DNA from: Eledone cirrhosa
Taxonomy: Eukaryota
Assembly (NCBI GenBank): GCA_964016885.1
Contig: OZ024740.1
Location: 371,132,001-371,196,000, forward strand
Direction: 5' to 3'
Length of the DNA stretch: 64,000 nt
Translations under genes and position numbers: made by a program
The notes under the pieces: model-generated
Databases searched by the model: none
What the model was told of the DNA's origin: nothing
The model's input: the letters and a program-made list of their open reading frames with translations, nothing else
Part shown: piece after piece, positions 39,657-51,345 of the stretch
Layout of the letters: the number at the start of each line of letters is the position of its first letter
How positions within the stretch are numbered: the stretch's first letter is position 1

Positions 39657-41908
39657 ATTGTTAGGCAATGTGTCAAGGAAAACAGTGATATTGTCGGGGA
39701 GAAGTGTGTACTTAATGATGACGGCGTACTTGCCATCACCGACGCTGATAAGAAGGTAGCTTGGAAGTGTCACTATGAAAGGCTACTAAATGAGGAGAAT
39801 AAATGGGAGAAAGACAGTCTCCCCCACATCGACCCAATAGAGGGACCAGCAGTGTTAGTCGAGGGTATTATAATAAGTAAGGCAATCAAAGATATGAAGA
39901 CGGGTAAGGCGGCTGGGCCTTCGGAAATAGTTGCCGAGATGCTGAAGGCATCTGGTACGGTGGGACACACCATGGTCACCCGGATAGTCAACCAAGTCAT
40001 ACAGAATGGGGTTGTTCCGAAGGACTGGCGTAGCAGCATCATCGTTAACTGTTATAAGGGTAAAGGAGATGCCCTAGATAGGAGTAACTATAGAGGCATT
40101 AAATTAATCGACCAGGTCATGAAGGTCACGGAAAAAGTAATAGCGCAACTAATCAGAGAGCGAATTGATCTAGATGAAATGCAGTTCGGGTTTGTGTCAG
40201 GAAAAAGTACCACAGACGCTCTTTTCATTGTACGACAACTACAGGAGAAGTACCTAGCTAAAAGTAAACCCCTATACTTAGCTTTCGTCGACTTGGAGAA
40301 AGCCTTCGACAGAGTCCCCCATTCCATTATCTGGTGGGCTCTTAGAAAACTAGGTGTTGATGAATGGCTTGTGAGAGCTATACAAGCCATGTATAAAGAA
40401 ACAGTCAGCAAGGTTAGAATTAACAACGAATATAGTGAAGAGTTTAGTGTAAAAGTTGGTGTTCATCAGGGCTCTGTTCTTAGCCCCCTACTATTTATTA
40501 TTGCCCTCCAGGCTATAACAGTGGAGTTCAAGACCGGCTGCCCATGGGAACTCCTATACGCAGATGATCTAACGCTCATAGCTGAAACAATGGCCGAGCT
40601 AGAGAAGAAATTCCAAACATGGAAGCACGGCCTAGAATCAAAAGGCCTTAAAATTAACCTGGCTAAGACTAAAGTTCTAGTTTGTAAGAAAGAAAATAAG
40701 GCGGCGGTCCCCTCCGGGAAGTGGCCATGCTCAAAGTGTAGGAAAGGCGTAGGTAGAAACTCCATTTTGTGTCCCAAATGCAAAGTTTGGGTGCATAAAA
40801 GATGTAGTGGGATCACAGGTAAGCTAACTAAGAACATAGATTTAACATGTGGCCGGTGTTCTGGGGAAATAAGTAGCAGCAAGTGCCCAAAAAATACTAG
40901 CTCTTTCAACTGCGCAGAGGGTTCTATAGAAATAGTGGACAGCTTCCGTTACCTGGGTGACAAAATCAGCAGTGGGGGAGGGTGCTCTGAAAGTACAATA
41001 GCTAGAGTCAGAACTGGGTGGAAAAAGTTCAGAGAGCTCATACCACTATTAGCCGCTAAAGGGTTCTCCCTAAAAATGAAAGGCAGGTTGTACGATGCCT
41101 GCATACGAACAGTAATGTTGCACGGCAGTGAGACCTGGGCATTGTGTGCAGAGGATATACACAGACTAGAGAGAAACGAAGCTTGCATGCTCCGCTGGAT
41201 GTGTAATAGTAATATACGTGAACGGCAAAGCATAAACGAACTAAGGAAAAAATTAGAAATAAGAGGGATCAGATGTTGTTTACTCGAGAGAAGGCTACGT
41301 TGGTATGGTCACGTGATGCGCATGAAGGACGATAGCTGTATAACAAAGTGCAGGGCAATAAAGATAGACGGTAGCCACGGAATAGGCAGACCCAGAAAAA
41401 CCTGGGACGAGCTCATAAATTCCGACCTCACACACTTACACCTCACCAAGACAATGTCACTGGACCGAGACCTTTGGCGGTACTCAGTAATAGAGAAGAC
41501 ACGCCTTACCTAAATACAAAGTAAAACCTACTACAGTTAGTAGGCATCTCTAACAAAATACACCCCCGTCCCACCACCCCCACCCCATCCACACCGCCCC
41601 TTTCAATGTAAAGTTATGTTGATGCCACAACATCCAGGCCGAAACAAATGAGATCGTGTAGGTGTCACGTCAAAAAAACACACAGTTCACTCTGTAATGT
41701 GGCCGTGTAGGCAACACGGTAAAAACCTCCCAGCCCCACACTGTAAATGTGGTTGGTGTTAGGAAGGGCATCCAGCTGTAGAAAACCCGCCAGATAGTCC
41801 TATGCGAGCAAGATAACCACTCTTGCCTCAAGTGGGAAAACCCTCCGTCCAAACCCATGCAAGCATGGAACACGGACGTTAAACGATGATGATGATGATG
41901 ATGATGAT
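39657..41908 (+). mobile_element. 5'-truncated RTE LINE with intact RT-PHD frame
   Basis: Frame open from ~39663 to 41513, followed by a 3' UTR and (GAT)n tail. Confidence 0.95.
39852..41513 (+). CDS. RTE reverse transcriptase with inserted PHD finger (endonuclease-less fragment of the LINE ORF)
   Basis: NYRGIKL, QFGF, FVDLEKAFDRV, HQGSVLSPLLF, YADD, C4HC3 finger, FRYLG and RRLRWYGHVMR. The GTG start is an artefact of 5' truncation. Confidence 0.9.
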   Translation: MLVEGIIISKAIKDMKTGKAAGPSEIVAEMLKASGTVGHTMVTRIVNQVIQNGVVPKDWRSSIIVNCYKGKGDALDRSNYRGIKLIDQVMKVTEKVIAQLIRERIDLDEMQFGFVSGKSTTDALFIVRQLQEKYLAKSKPLYLAFVDLEKAFDRVPHSIIWWALRKLGVDEWLVRAIQAMYKETVSKVRINNEYSEEFSVKVGVHQGSVLSPLLFIIALQAITVEFKTGCPWELLYADDLTLIAETMAELEKKFQTWKHGLESKGLKINLAKTKVLVCKKENKAAVPSGKWPCSKCRKGVGRNSILCPKCKVWVHKRCSGITGKLTKNIDLTCGRCSGEISSSKCPKNTSSFNCAEGSIEIVDSFRYLGDKISSGGGCSESTIARVRTGWKKFRELIPLLAAKGFSLKMKGRLYDACIRTVMLHGSETWALCAEDIHRLERNEACMLRWMCNSNIRERQSINELRKKLEIRGIRCCLLERRLRWYGHVMRMKDDSCITKCRAIKIDGSHGIGRPRKTWDELINSDLTHLHLTKTMSLDRDLWRYSVIEKTRLT

Positions 41909-41949
41909 GCTTGTCTAATTATGCCCAAAATTCGAAGATTTTATTTAAA

Positions 41950-44827
41950 CCCTCTCGCTAACTACCCCATACCCCTCCCACTCGCTCCCACTCTCCACCA
42001 TTATTATTAGGGCCAATCATAAGTCAGCGGCCTATGCTATCACTTGTGGTTGCTTGCCGATATGATGGATGGACTATGGAATTCTGGAGAGTCTGAAAAA
42101 TCTGGACACTCAGTGACAATGCCAAAGATAAAAACAAATTCACCTCATGCTGCCGGACGAAAAGGCAAGGACTCCTCCTCTTTGTTTCGGTCGCGGATGG
42201 CCAACATAACCCCCCAACCCTATCCCCCTCACCCCTCCCCGCGCCCCACCGTTCCCACCCACCAAACGCAATCCAAAACTTCAGAGTTGGTACCATGAAT
42301 GTAGGCACCTTAAAAGGTCGCTCTAACAAGGTTGTAGAAATGCTTGAACGTAAGGAGGTTGATGTTTGCTGTATCCAAGAGACCAGGTGGAGGGGTGGGT
42401 CTGTTAGATTCAGTGTGGGTAAAAAATGATGCTATAAGCTTTTCTGGGGAGGGAAATGACAATGGGCTGGGTGGGGTAGGAATCATGTTAGCAGAAAAAT
42501 GGGTAGATAAGATAATAGATGTAAAGAGAGTGAACGACAGAATAATTAAAATAAGACTTGTCCTAAATAGAACTACTGTGACAGTAATATCTGCGTATGC
42601 ACCCCAATCCGGACTGCCTGGCGCTATAAAAGCCATTCTATGAGACATTGATGCTCACTACCTCCCAAATAACTGACAGTGACTACATAATTATGGCGAC
42701 CTAAATGGTCACGTTGGACAACATTGTGACGGCTATGACGGAATCCATGGAGGCTATGGCTTTGGTACTAAAAATGAGGAAGGCTCCAGAATCCTGGAAT
42801 TCTGTGACGCAAATAACCTATCTGTAACACTAACTTCAAAAAATGAGACAATCACTTGATCACCTATAGATCAGGGGAACATGCCAATCAGATAGATTAT
42901 ATCCTTACCAGAAGACATGATACAGTGTCTGTTGTAAACACTAAATCCCTCCCCCGTGAAGAATGCACCTCCCAATATAGACTCATAGTCAGGACAAGAC
43001 GTACTTGACAACAGAGGAGGACTATCCTCAGGAGAAAAATATGGAAGCTAAAGGACTCCACAGCCAGTAATAAATTTAAAAGCATATTACTTGATGCTTT
43101 CGACAGTAAGGAAGAGCAATTAGAGTCGTACAATATAGAGGAACAGTGGGAATTCCTGAAAGCTAACCTGCTGAAGGCGGCAGATGAAGTCTGTGGCTGG
43201 AGCAGGCCTATAGGCAGGAGGAGAGTAACGTGGTGGTGGAACAGTAAGGTGGAGGAGTCAATTAAGGCCAAAAAGCAGGCTTGGAAAGTATGGCGGGATG
43301 AGGGAAGTAGAGAAGACTATCAAGTGGCCAGGAGGGAAGCTAGGAGACAAGTGTACTTCGCAAGAAGGGAAGCAGAGGAAAAAAAGTTCAAGCATGTCTA
43401 CAATGCAAGGACCAAAAAGGTGAGGTGTTCAGGATTGCTAGGCAATGTGTCAAGGAAAACCGTGATATTGTCGGGGAAAAGTGTGTCCTTAATGATGATG
43501 GTGTACTTGCCATCACTGACGTTGATAAGAAGGTAGCTTGGAAGTGTCACTACGAAAGGCTACTAAATGAGGAGAATAAATGGGAGAAAGACAGTCTCCC
43601 CCACATCGATCCAATAGATTGACCAGCAGTGCTAGTTGAAGGTAGTATAATAAGTAAGGCAATCAAAGATATGAAGACGGGTAAGGCGGCTGGACCTTCG
43701 GAAATAGTTGCTGAAATGCTGAAAGCATCTGGAACGGTGGGACACATTATGGTCACCCGGATAGTAAACCAAGTCATACAGAATGGGGCCGTTCCGAAGG
43801 ACTGGCGTAGCAGCATCATCATTAACTGCTACAAGGGTAAAGGAGATGTCCTAGATAGGGGTAACTATAGAGGCATTAAATTAATTGACCAGGTCATGAA
43901 GGTCACAGAAAAAGTAATAGCGCAACTAATCAGAGAACGAATTGATCTAGATGAAATGCAGTTCGGGTTTGTGTCGGGTAAAAGTACCACAGACGCTCTT
44001 TTCATTGTATGACAACTACAGGAGAAGTACCTAGCTAAAAGTAAACCCCTATACTTAGCTTTTGTTGACTTGGAGAAAGCCTTTGACAGAGTCCCCTGCT
44101 CCATTATCTGGTGGGCTCTTAGAAAACTAGGTGTTAATGAATGGCTTGTAAGAGCTATACAAGCCATGTATAAAGAAACAGTCAGCAAGGTTAGAATTAA
44201 CAAAGAATATAGTGAAGAGTTTAGCGTAAAAGTTGGTGTTCATCAGGGTTCCGTTCTTAGCCCCCTACTATTTATTATTGCCCTTCAGGCTATAACAGGA
44301 GTTCAAGACCAGCAGCCCATGGGAACTCCTATATGCAGATGATCTAACGCTCATAGCTGAATCAATGGCTGAACTAGAGAAGAAATTCCAAACATGGAAG
44401 CATGGCCTAGAATCAAAAGGCCTTAAAGTTAACTTGTCTAAGACTAAAGTTCTAGTTTGTAGGAAGGAAAATAGGGCACCGGTCCCATCTGGGAAATGGC
44501 CATGCTCAGTGTGTAGGAAAGGAGTAGGCAGAAACTCCATTTTATGTCCCAAATGCAAAGTATGGGTGCATAAAAGATGTAGTGGGATCACAGGTAAGCT
44601 AACTAAGAATATAGATTTTATATGTGGCCGGTGCTCTGGTGCAATAAGTAGCAGCATACTAGCTCATTCCATTGCACAGATGGTTCTATAGAAATAGTGG
44701 ACACCTTCCATTACCTGGGTGACAAAATCAGCAGTGGGAGAGGGTGCTCTGAAAGTACAGTAGCTAGAGTCAGAAAGGGATGGAAAAAGTTCAGAGAGCT
44801 TATACCACTACTGGCCGCTAAAGGGTT
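41950..44827 (+). mobile_element. RTE LINE copy with APE endonuclease and RT, disrupted and 3'-truncated
   Basis: FRVGTMNVGTLKGR, CIQETRW, ISAYAPQ, DLNGHVG and QIDYIL (APE), then RT with stops and frameshifts. Ends abruptly at a SINE-A. Confidence 0.92.
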
Positions 44828-45080
44828 CATTTCATTTCACGTCCGCTTTTCCCTGCTTGCAAAGGTGGGACGGGAACTGATGCTGGCTTGATTTCTACAG
44901 CTGGATGCCCTTCCTAACACCAACCTCATTTTCAGTGAGTGCTGGGTGCTTTTTTGCCGTGGCACCTCCATGACCACTTTGCAGTGGAATGATAGGGACC
45001 CCAGTCCCTATCATCTCATTTCTACAGCTGAGTAAACTGGAGCAATGTGAAATAAAGTGTCTTGCTCAAGGAAACAACAC
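44828..45080 (-). mobile_element. SINE family A, 5'-truncated
   Basis: Reverse copy of the SINE-A body and tail. Confidence 0.88.
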
Positions 45081-45269
45081 GTAAACATATGCATTGGTAA
45101 AGACTGGAGTGCCATCAACAAGTTATTTCTAGTGTGGAAATCTAGACTTGCTATTTCAAGCAACTGTTGCCTCTGTTCTATTACTTAACAAAATATGAAA
45201 AAAAACTGAGAAAAATTGCTTAGAATAGAAGTAGACTTGGCTTAAGTGTGTTTTTATTATTTCTTACTA

Positions 45270-45665
45270 GCAGGGCAGTGGATTGGCAGTATTGATAGAG
45301 AGTCAGATGCCATGCTTTGCAGAATAGAGTTACGGTCTTTTATGGTCTGAGTTCAAATTCCACCAAGGTTAACTTTGCCTTTCATCCTTATGGGGTCGAT
45401 TTAATCAACTTTCTCCTCCCACCAAATTAATGGCCTTTTGCCTATACTAGAAATCATTATTTCTTACTAGAAGGGTGGTGGATTTGCATAATGGTTAGTG
45501 CATTGGATGAAATGCATTGCTGTTTCATTACAGCCCTCTACATTCTGGCTTTAAATCCCCCTAAGATTACTTTGCCTTTCATTCTTCCAGAGTCGATAAA
45601 GTAAAATACCAGTTGATTTAACAGACTTCCATCTCCTCCTTGTGCCTAAATCAGAAACCGTTATT
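45270..45665 (+). mobile_element. Two tandem SINE-B-like copies
   Basis: Each copy is bounded by TTATTTCTTACT, which occurs three times. Confidence 0.75.
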
Positions 45666-46084
45666 TCTTACTGAAGAATTTTGGCCTTTTGTGTTTTGAC
45701 TCCAAATCTCAAGTTGGTTATTGGGTACCTTCAGTTTGAATTTAACTTCCACACGTCTTGGAGACCCTGAAAAAAAATAAAGAGTTATGGGTGATGCTCC
45801 TTCCTTCCTTACTTTAGTAGACCATTAACTAGAACCATAAAAAAGAAACTACAAAGTATTAACTTTTTGTAGCTAATCTCAGAAATTGAAAAAAATAAAT
45901 CTGAAAAGTAAAGAATATAGTTGCTGAAATATTGAACAGAAAATGTTTTATGAAGGGAGGTAACTTTTGTATGTACTGTTGTACTAAATGTTCAGGAGCA
46001 CCAAATTAAATATCATCTTGGATATTTCAGTAATAGTTATATGATAGAGGTGTAAGATACTTTATTATTTTATTTTACATCAAG

Positions 46085-46710
46085 GAAGCTTGTGCAGTGC
46101 ACTCTACATGTGAGTGGAATTCTACTGAAGCAGATGATATTCAAATATCTTAGGGCCATTTTCATGAGTGATGGAAAGCAAGAGGCTGAATTAAGTGCAA
46201 GAATTGCAGGAGCTGGTCCAGTAATGTGCCAGCTTCGACATTCAGTCATCAGAAGGAAGGAAGGTAGGTATAAAAGCCAAACTCGCCATCTTCAACTCGG
46301 TATTTGGGCCAATCCTTACCTGTGGTCATGAATCTTGGGTAATGATCGAAAAAATCGCAAGTACAAGCAGCTGAAATGGAGTTCCTCCAAAGGGTCTTTG
46401 GAGTAATGTTACTCAATAGAGTGCATAGCTCACAGATCAGGGAGTCACTTCAGGTAGAGCTGCTACTTCTCCGAATTAGGAGATCACAGCTCTGATACTA
46501 TTAACATGTGGTTAGAATGTTTCAGGAAAGAATCACTGGACAGATTTTACAGACAAAATCAATTGGCAAGAGACCCAGGAGTAGACCCTAAGCATGATGG
46601 TTAGATAACATCCATGAGCTCAGCTGGTCACACTTGGGAATCCAGCTGGATCAATTGGCAACAGTTACTTCTGATGACCCACCCAAGAATAAGTGGGTGA
46701 AGAAGAAGAA
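46085..46710 (+). mobile_element. 3' fragment of the second RTE family
   Basis: FKYLRAIFMSDGKQEAELSARIAGA...; homologous to 37700-38308, with a (GAA)n tail. Confidence 0.75.
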
Positions 46711-48270
46711 CGTTTTTACATATGTTTTGGACATGTGTATCAAATATATATCTACAGTGGAATAGTTTTTAAATGTACATCTCATACATTACTATAAAGT
46801 TGAGAGGGAATCTTATTTTCTATTAGACAGATTGAAATGTAAAGTATTGGATGTGGGTATGCATGGAGAATGCTGAGGCAGCAGTATCACAAATAAGTAA
46901 TTATGTGGACAATAGTTTTTCTTGTCACCAAGCTCATGGATGTTATACAACATACTTAAAATAAGATAAACTTCGGCATCAGAATGGGCATTCTACCATA
47001 GAAAACCTACCATGGAAAATTTTTTTATTCTTATTTTTATGAGTTACAACATGAAAGGCAGCACCCATGACGTTTTTGTCTATCCTCTGAGACTGGTCAG
47101 AGAAAGAATGTAAGATTATATCTTCAGAACAAAGACTTAATCTAAATGTTGACCCTTTTGTTTCCTTTTGACAAAATTTAGTGACTGTAACAGGATAAAA
47201 TTTCTTCACCCTTTCTCTATTGACATGACCATATGTCTTGTCTTAAAGTTAACTAACTTCTTTATATTTTTAACTTTTTAGTCACTACATTTCTTATGAA
47301 AGACTAGTGTGTTTCAAATAATTTTGAAAATAATAAAAATGTTACATTACTAACTTTCTCATTATCAAGCTGGTGTTTGGAGCATAACTTATAGGTCCTT
47401 ACATAAAATTATGATGGAAGTTTTGTAAATAAATATAAATATTTAAAAATAAACAGTATAATAAAACCAGGGGCAATTTCTGATTGGTTGGCATCAAAAT
47501 GGTTATTAAGGAAGACTATGTATATTTAACTCCTAAATCTTTGGATAGTATTCTCAATGATTTCTAATTTAGACACAAGACCAACAATTTGTGGTGTGGG
47601 GAAGTTGAATATTTCAAACCCAGTACTTTACTGGTACTTTAGTTCTTTGACATTTTCACAACAATGTGTCCACTATTAAAGATACTTAAATCTTCTGAAT
47701 TAATAAACCTCTTTTAGATATTTTCTGCTAAATCATTACAGGATGTTAAGAGTTAATAATGATAATGTTGATTATATTACTAAATATATCCAAATTCTTG
47801 ATGAGTTGTACCTTTGATAAGTTGTAGTGCACCTGAGCACTGTACACAATTATTATTATTTTAAAAACTATTTGAAAAACACAGGCAGTGTCTTTCATTA
47901 GAAATATAGTAACAAAGGTTAAAGTGATTTTAGGAATAATAAGTTTTGATTTAGGCACAAAGCCAGCAATTTTAGTGAAGTGGAACATCAATTTTATTGA
48001 CTCCTGGTGGGATTTAAACTCAGGACACAAAGGGCTGTAACTTAATGCTGCAAAGCATTTTGACTGATGCTCTAATGATACTGTCAATCCGCTGCCCTTA
48101 ATTTAATATACTCACAATAAAGATGGTTATCTGAAGCTATAATGTGAATAAAACATTATTTCAACTGGTTCTGGTTACATTTGTGCCTGTAGGTGTTACA
48201 GATATATAACATACATATTGAAATGTTTGATTTTAGTTTTTATATGATGTTTTTCCTTGACTCTTCCCTG

Positions 48271-48399
48271 TGATGTTTCAATCCCATTTCAAACTGCTGC
48301 TGAAGCAAATGTAGCCTTTGGTACTCTCAGTGTAGACAAAGAACCAAAATGTGGCAATGTGAGAAAGGAAATGAAGCTTCAAGATAATAAATTACTTGT
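48271..48399 (+). CDS. LAGE3: LAGE3/Pcc1 second coding exon (Pcc1 domain); final exon not found in window
   Basis: 129-nt phase-2/phase-2 exon encoding (A)DVSIPFQTAAEANVAFGTLSVDKEPKCGNVRKEMKLQDNKLLV. This matches the Pcc1 pattern (human TLSVPFPTPLEAEIAHGSLAPDAEP..VGKDLTVSGRILV, from memory). A GTAAGT donor follows at 48400. Confidence 0.88.
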
Positions 48400-50179
48400 G
48401 TAAGTACACCTACATGTATTTTTTTTCTAGGTTGAACCATTTTTTTCCCTTTCTTATTTGCAGCAAAAATGGGGTTGAGGTACAGGTATGTTGCATGGTT
48501 AAGATGTTCGCTTCAAGTATCTTCAACTACAACCTCAACAAATATGGAGAAAATCTCCCTCATATGCACACATATATGAACATACACACATAAAGTACAG
48601 ATTCCCTCTTCCCAATTCATTCACATGGCATTCATCAGACCAAAGCTATAGTAGAAAACACTTACTCAAGGTGCCACACAGGGAAATTGAACCTGAAATC
48701 ACATGGTTGAGAAATGAACTTCTTAATAAGCTATATGTAGACTTTGAAAAATAGTTTGTGCATAACTAAATGAAAGCTAGTAATATGTATTGATTTAAGC
48801 AACATATGTTAAATTAAGAGATTCATCATACGTGAGAGAAAGATTCAGAAAATTCTTTTTTTCCTTTTCTGTTTTTCATTTTTGAACTTTCTAACAAAAG
48901 AATATCTGATCTCCAATGAATTCAGACAAGAAAAAAACTTTAGGAGAATGTGATTTATTTTTAGATGTTGACTTTAATTTATGATGTGAATTTTTAAAGT
49001 GTTTGCTTGTAAGAGGTGACAAAAAGGGTTGCCAGGAATGGTAGTTGGCTGTAAAAGATTGCCTCACAAAGGAAATCTGTCATAGGGCCTGTATGGTTAC
49101 TCTCTGTTTTAAATAGAAAGATGGAGCTAAAACTGTTGTGTTGGGTTAAGTGGTTTGATAGCTTCAATTTTAAACACCCTTTTGAGAAACATAAATTGTA
49201 GTGTTTCTACATGTATATTTGAAGCAAATGCACTTATAATTATTGGGAAGAAATATGAACCTATAATGAAGTTGTAAAACTTTCAGTTAGCTGTAAATAT
49301 CTTTTGTTTAAACTTTAATAAGAAATTCACACATTTCTCTGGCTAACTGCAAAATGCAAATGCCTCCCAATAGACATTTAATGACTGGTGTTTATTTCCT
49401 TGGATAGGATACCAATTTATTAAAGGTAACATTCCTTGTTGATTTGCCACCAGTGGGAAAATGTGGCAAAACTAGAATAAAATCATCATTTCCCTGCTAG
49501 TGTATGTGGAACAGGTTTTATGGCCCCAGACCAAACAGGTTGGTACGTTCCATATTTGACATGCTAAATACCTTTGTATTTTTTTTTTTGACAGCTAAAT
49601 GCCTTTCCTAACGTCAACCAACTTATAGAGTGTACTGGGTGTATCTTATAGTGGCTCTGGCACTCCCACTTTTCAAGGTGTACTGGGTGCATTTTATAGT
49701 GGTATCAGTACTATCACTTTACAGGGTGTGCTGCATGAATTTTATAATGGCAACAGCACAAAAGAGGTTACATGCTACATCAGGCTGAAGAGTCCTATCT
49801 AACTCTATATTATTTCCATCCAATTGCCAGACACTAGCTTCTGGTCTTTCACCATAGTTACTTTTAGTGTGTCAGTGCTTGTACTGGTGGATGGGTGTCT
49901 GACAAAAACCACAATGAAATATCTGCTGTGTATTTGAACTCGCCACTTTTGAACTCGCCACTTTTGAACTGTTCATATCAATACAAATGATTCAATCTTT
50001 GTCACAGTAAAATATATTGAGGTGAGAGTTAAGGTCTATGATACTTGCAGTCAATGACTTTTCATGGAATGTTCTATATCACCACCACCACTACTACTAT
50101 TTTTCTATTTTGACTTTTGTTGGATAGGTTTTACAGCATCTCACCACCCATTATTTTTCTTGTGACACTGAACTAATAA

Positions 50180-50385
50180 TTTATTGGGTACTTTTTTGTC
50201 ATGGCACTAGTATGACCATCTTACAGGGTGGACTGTTTTTTTGTCATGGGACCTGTACTACCACCTTACAAGGTGGACTGTGCTTTTTGATGTGGCACCA
50301 GTATAACACCTTACTGGATGGACTGGATGTTTTTTGTGACACCAGTACAACACCTTATTGGGTAGGCCGGGTGCTTTTTGTGACT
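50180..50385 (-). repeat. ~40-bp minisatellite derived from the SINE-A/RTE 3' region
   Basis: About five units of TTTTTGT.ATGGCAC.AGTA..AC.ACCTTAC.GG.TGGACTG. Confidence 0.6.
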
Positions 50386-51345
50386 GGGTATGTTTTATCA
50401 TGTCACTAGTGCTTATTGTATCCTTGGGCTGGCTGTGAAGGCAATGATAAAAGTAAGATGAGAGAGCATGCATCAGGCTACATGTTGCTTGCTTGAGGGA
50501 GGTGGTCTTGTTTTCTTATAGCGTAATCTGTTAATGTAGTTGATAAGGTACCAGAAAACTAACTAAGAGATTGATGCAAAGCCATTAGAACATCTGATAA
50601 AATGCTTTTCCATATTCGTTTCGACTCTCTGCTCACTAAGATCAACTAAGATAAAAGGTCAACTTTGCCTTTTATCCATTCAAGGTTGATAAAAAAAAGT
50701 ACCAGTCTAGTACTGGGGTCGATTCTCCCTCCATATCTCTTTCTGACTTCCATTATTTCACTCTCTCTGTCTTTCTCTGGCAGATATCTGCTGTATTTAG
50801 ACCTGGAGAGGATTTGGGCTCCATCAGGTTTAAAAATGCCCTAGGAGTTACGGGACCATACCATGGTACTGCATTATGTCTCACCAAGACACACAACTCT
50901 ATAATGCCCCAGTCTACCAATCTATCATCACCATAAGCAGTACTTGTTAGATTGAAGGGCTTAGTTGAACTCTTCTTGTGTGTATGGCTTAGGTGGAATG
51001 GCTCCTGCTAAGCTGATTTGGTGTATACATTTTACATGGAGCGGTGCACTGACAATATTGGATTCATTATCATCAGTTGTCATGATTAATTTTAGCATTT
51101 TCATCATTATCATCATCATTATTTTACGTCTGTTCTTTTTCTGCTATAAAAAAAAAAGTGAACTGGTGTGCCAAGTTATTTCTTTCAAAACCTCGGACAA
51201 TTGAATTGAAGAAATAAGAATCCACGAAATAATGAAAACGAAAAATTTATAAAGCGTCAAGGGAACTAACTTTATTTTTGGTGAAAGAGTTGTGTCCCTT
51301 AAAAGTAAATTTTTTTTCTGGAAATTTTAGAAAGCGGGAATTATG

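Larger units (their letters stand above)
35787..48270 (+). other. U12-type (minor spliceosome) intron, 12,484 nt, with GT...TG termini
   Basis: 5' splice site GTATCCTTT. U12 branch sequence TTTTCCTTGAC at 48251-48261, with the branch A 10 nt before ...CCCTG|TGATG. No AG is present between the branch point and the exon. Confidence 0.78.

Noticed and set aside
39773-41233. Antisense ORFs over the RTE copies (and equivalents over CR1)
   Set aside because: Shadow ORFs of the RT coding strand with no recognisable domains.
35763-48236. Conventional GT-AG intron for LAGE3 (donor 35763 or 35787, acceptor AG 48235-48236)
   Set aside because: Both donors are phase 2 and give an in-frame TGA at 48271-48273, before the Pcc1 domain.
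49210-49260. Possible last LAGE3 exon (…FEANAL…)
   Set aside because: No acceptor site and no LRxSxxSFxDxL-like motif. The final exon was not identified in the window.
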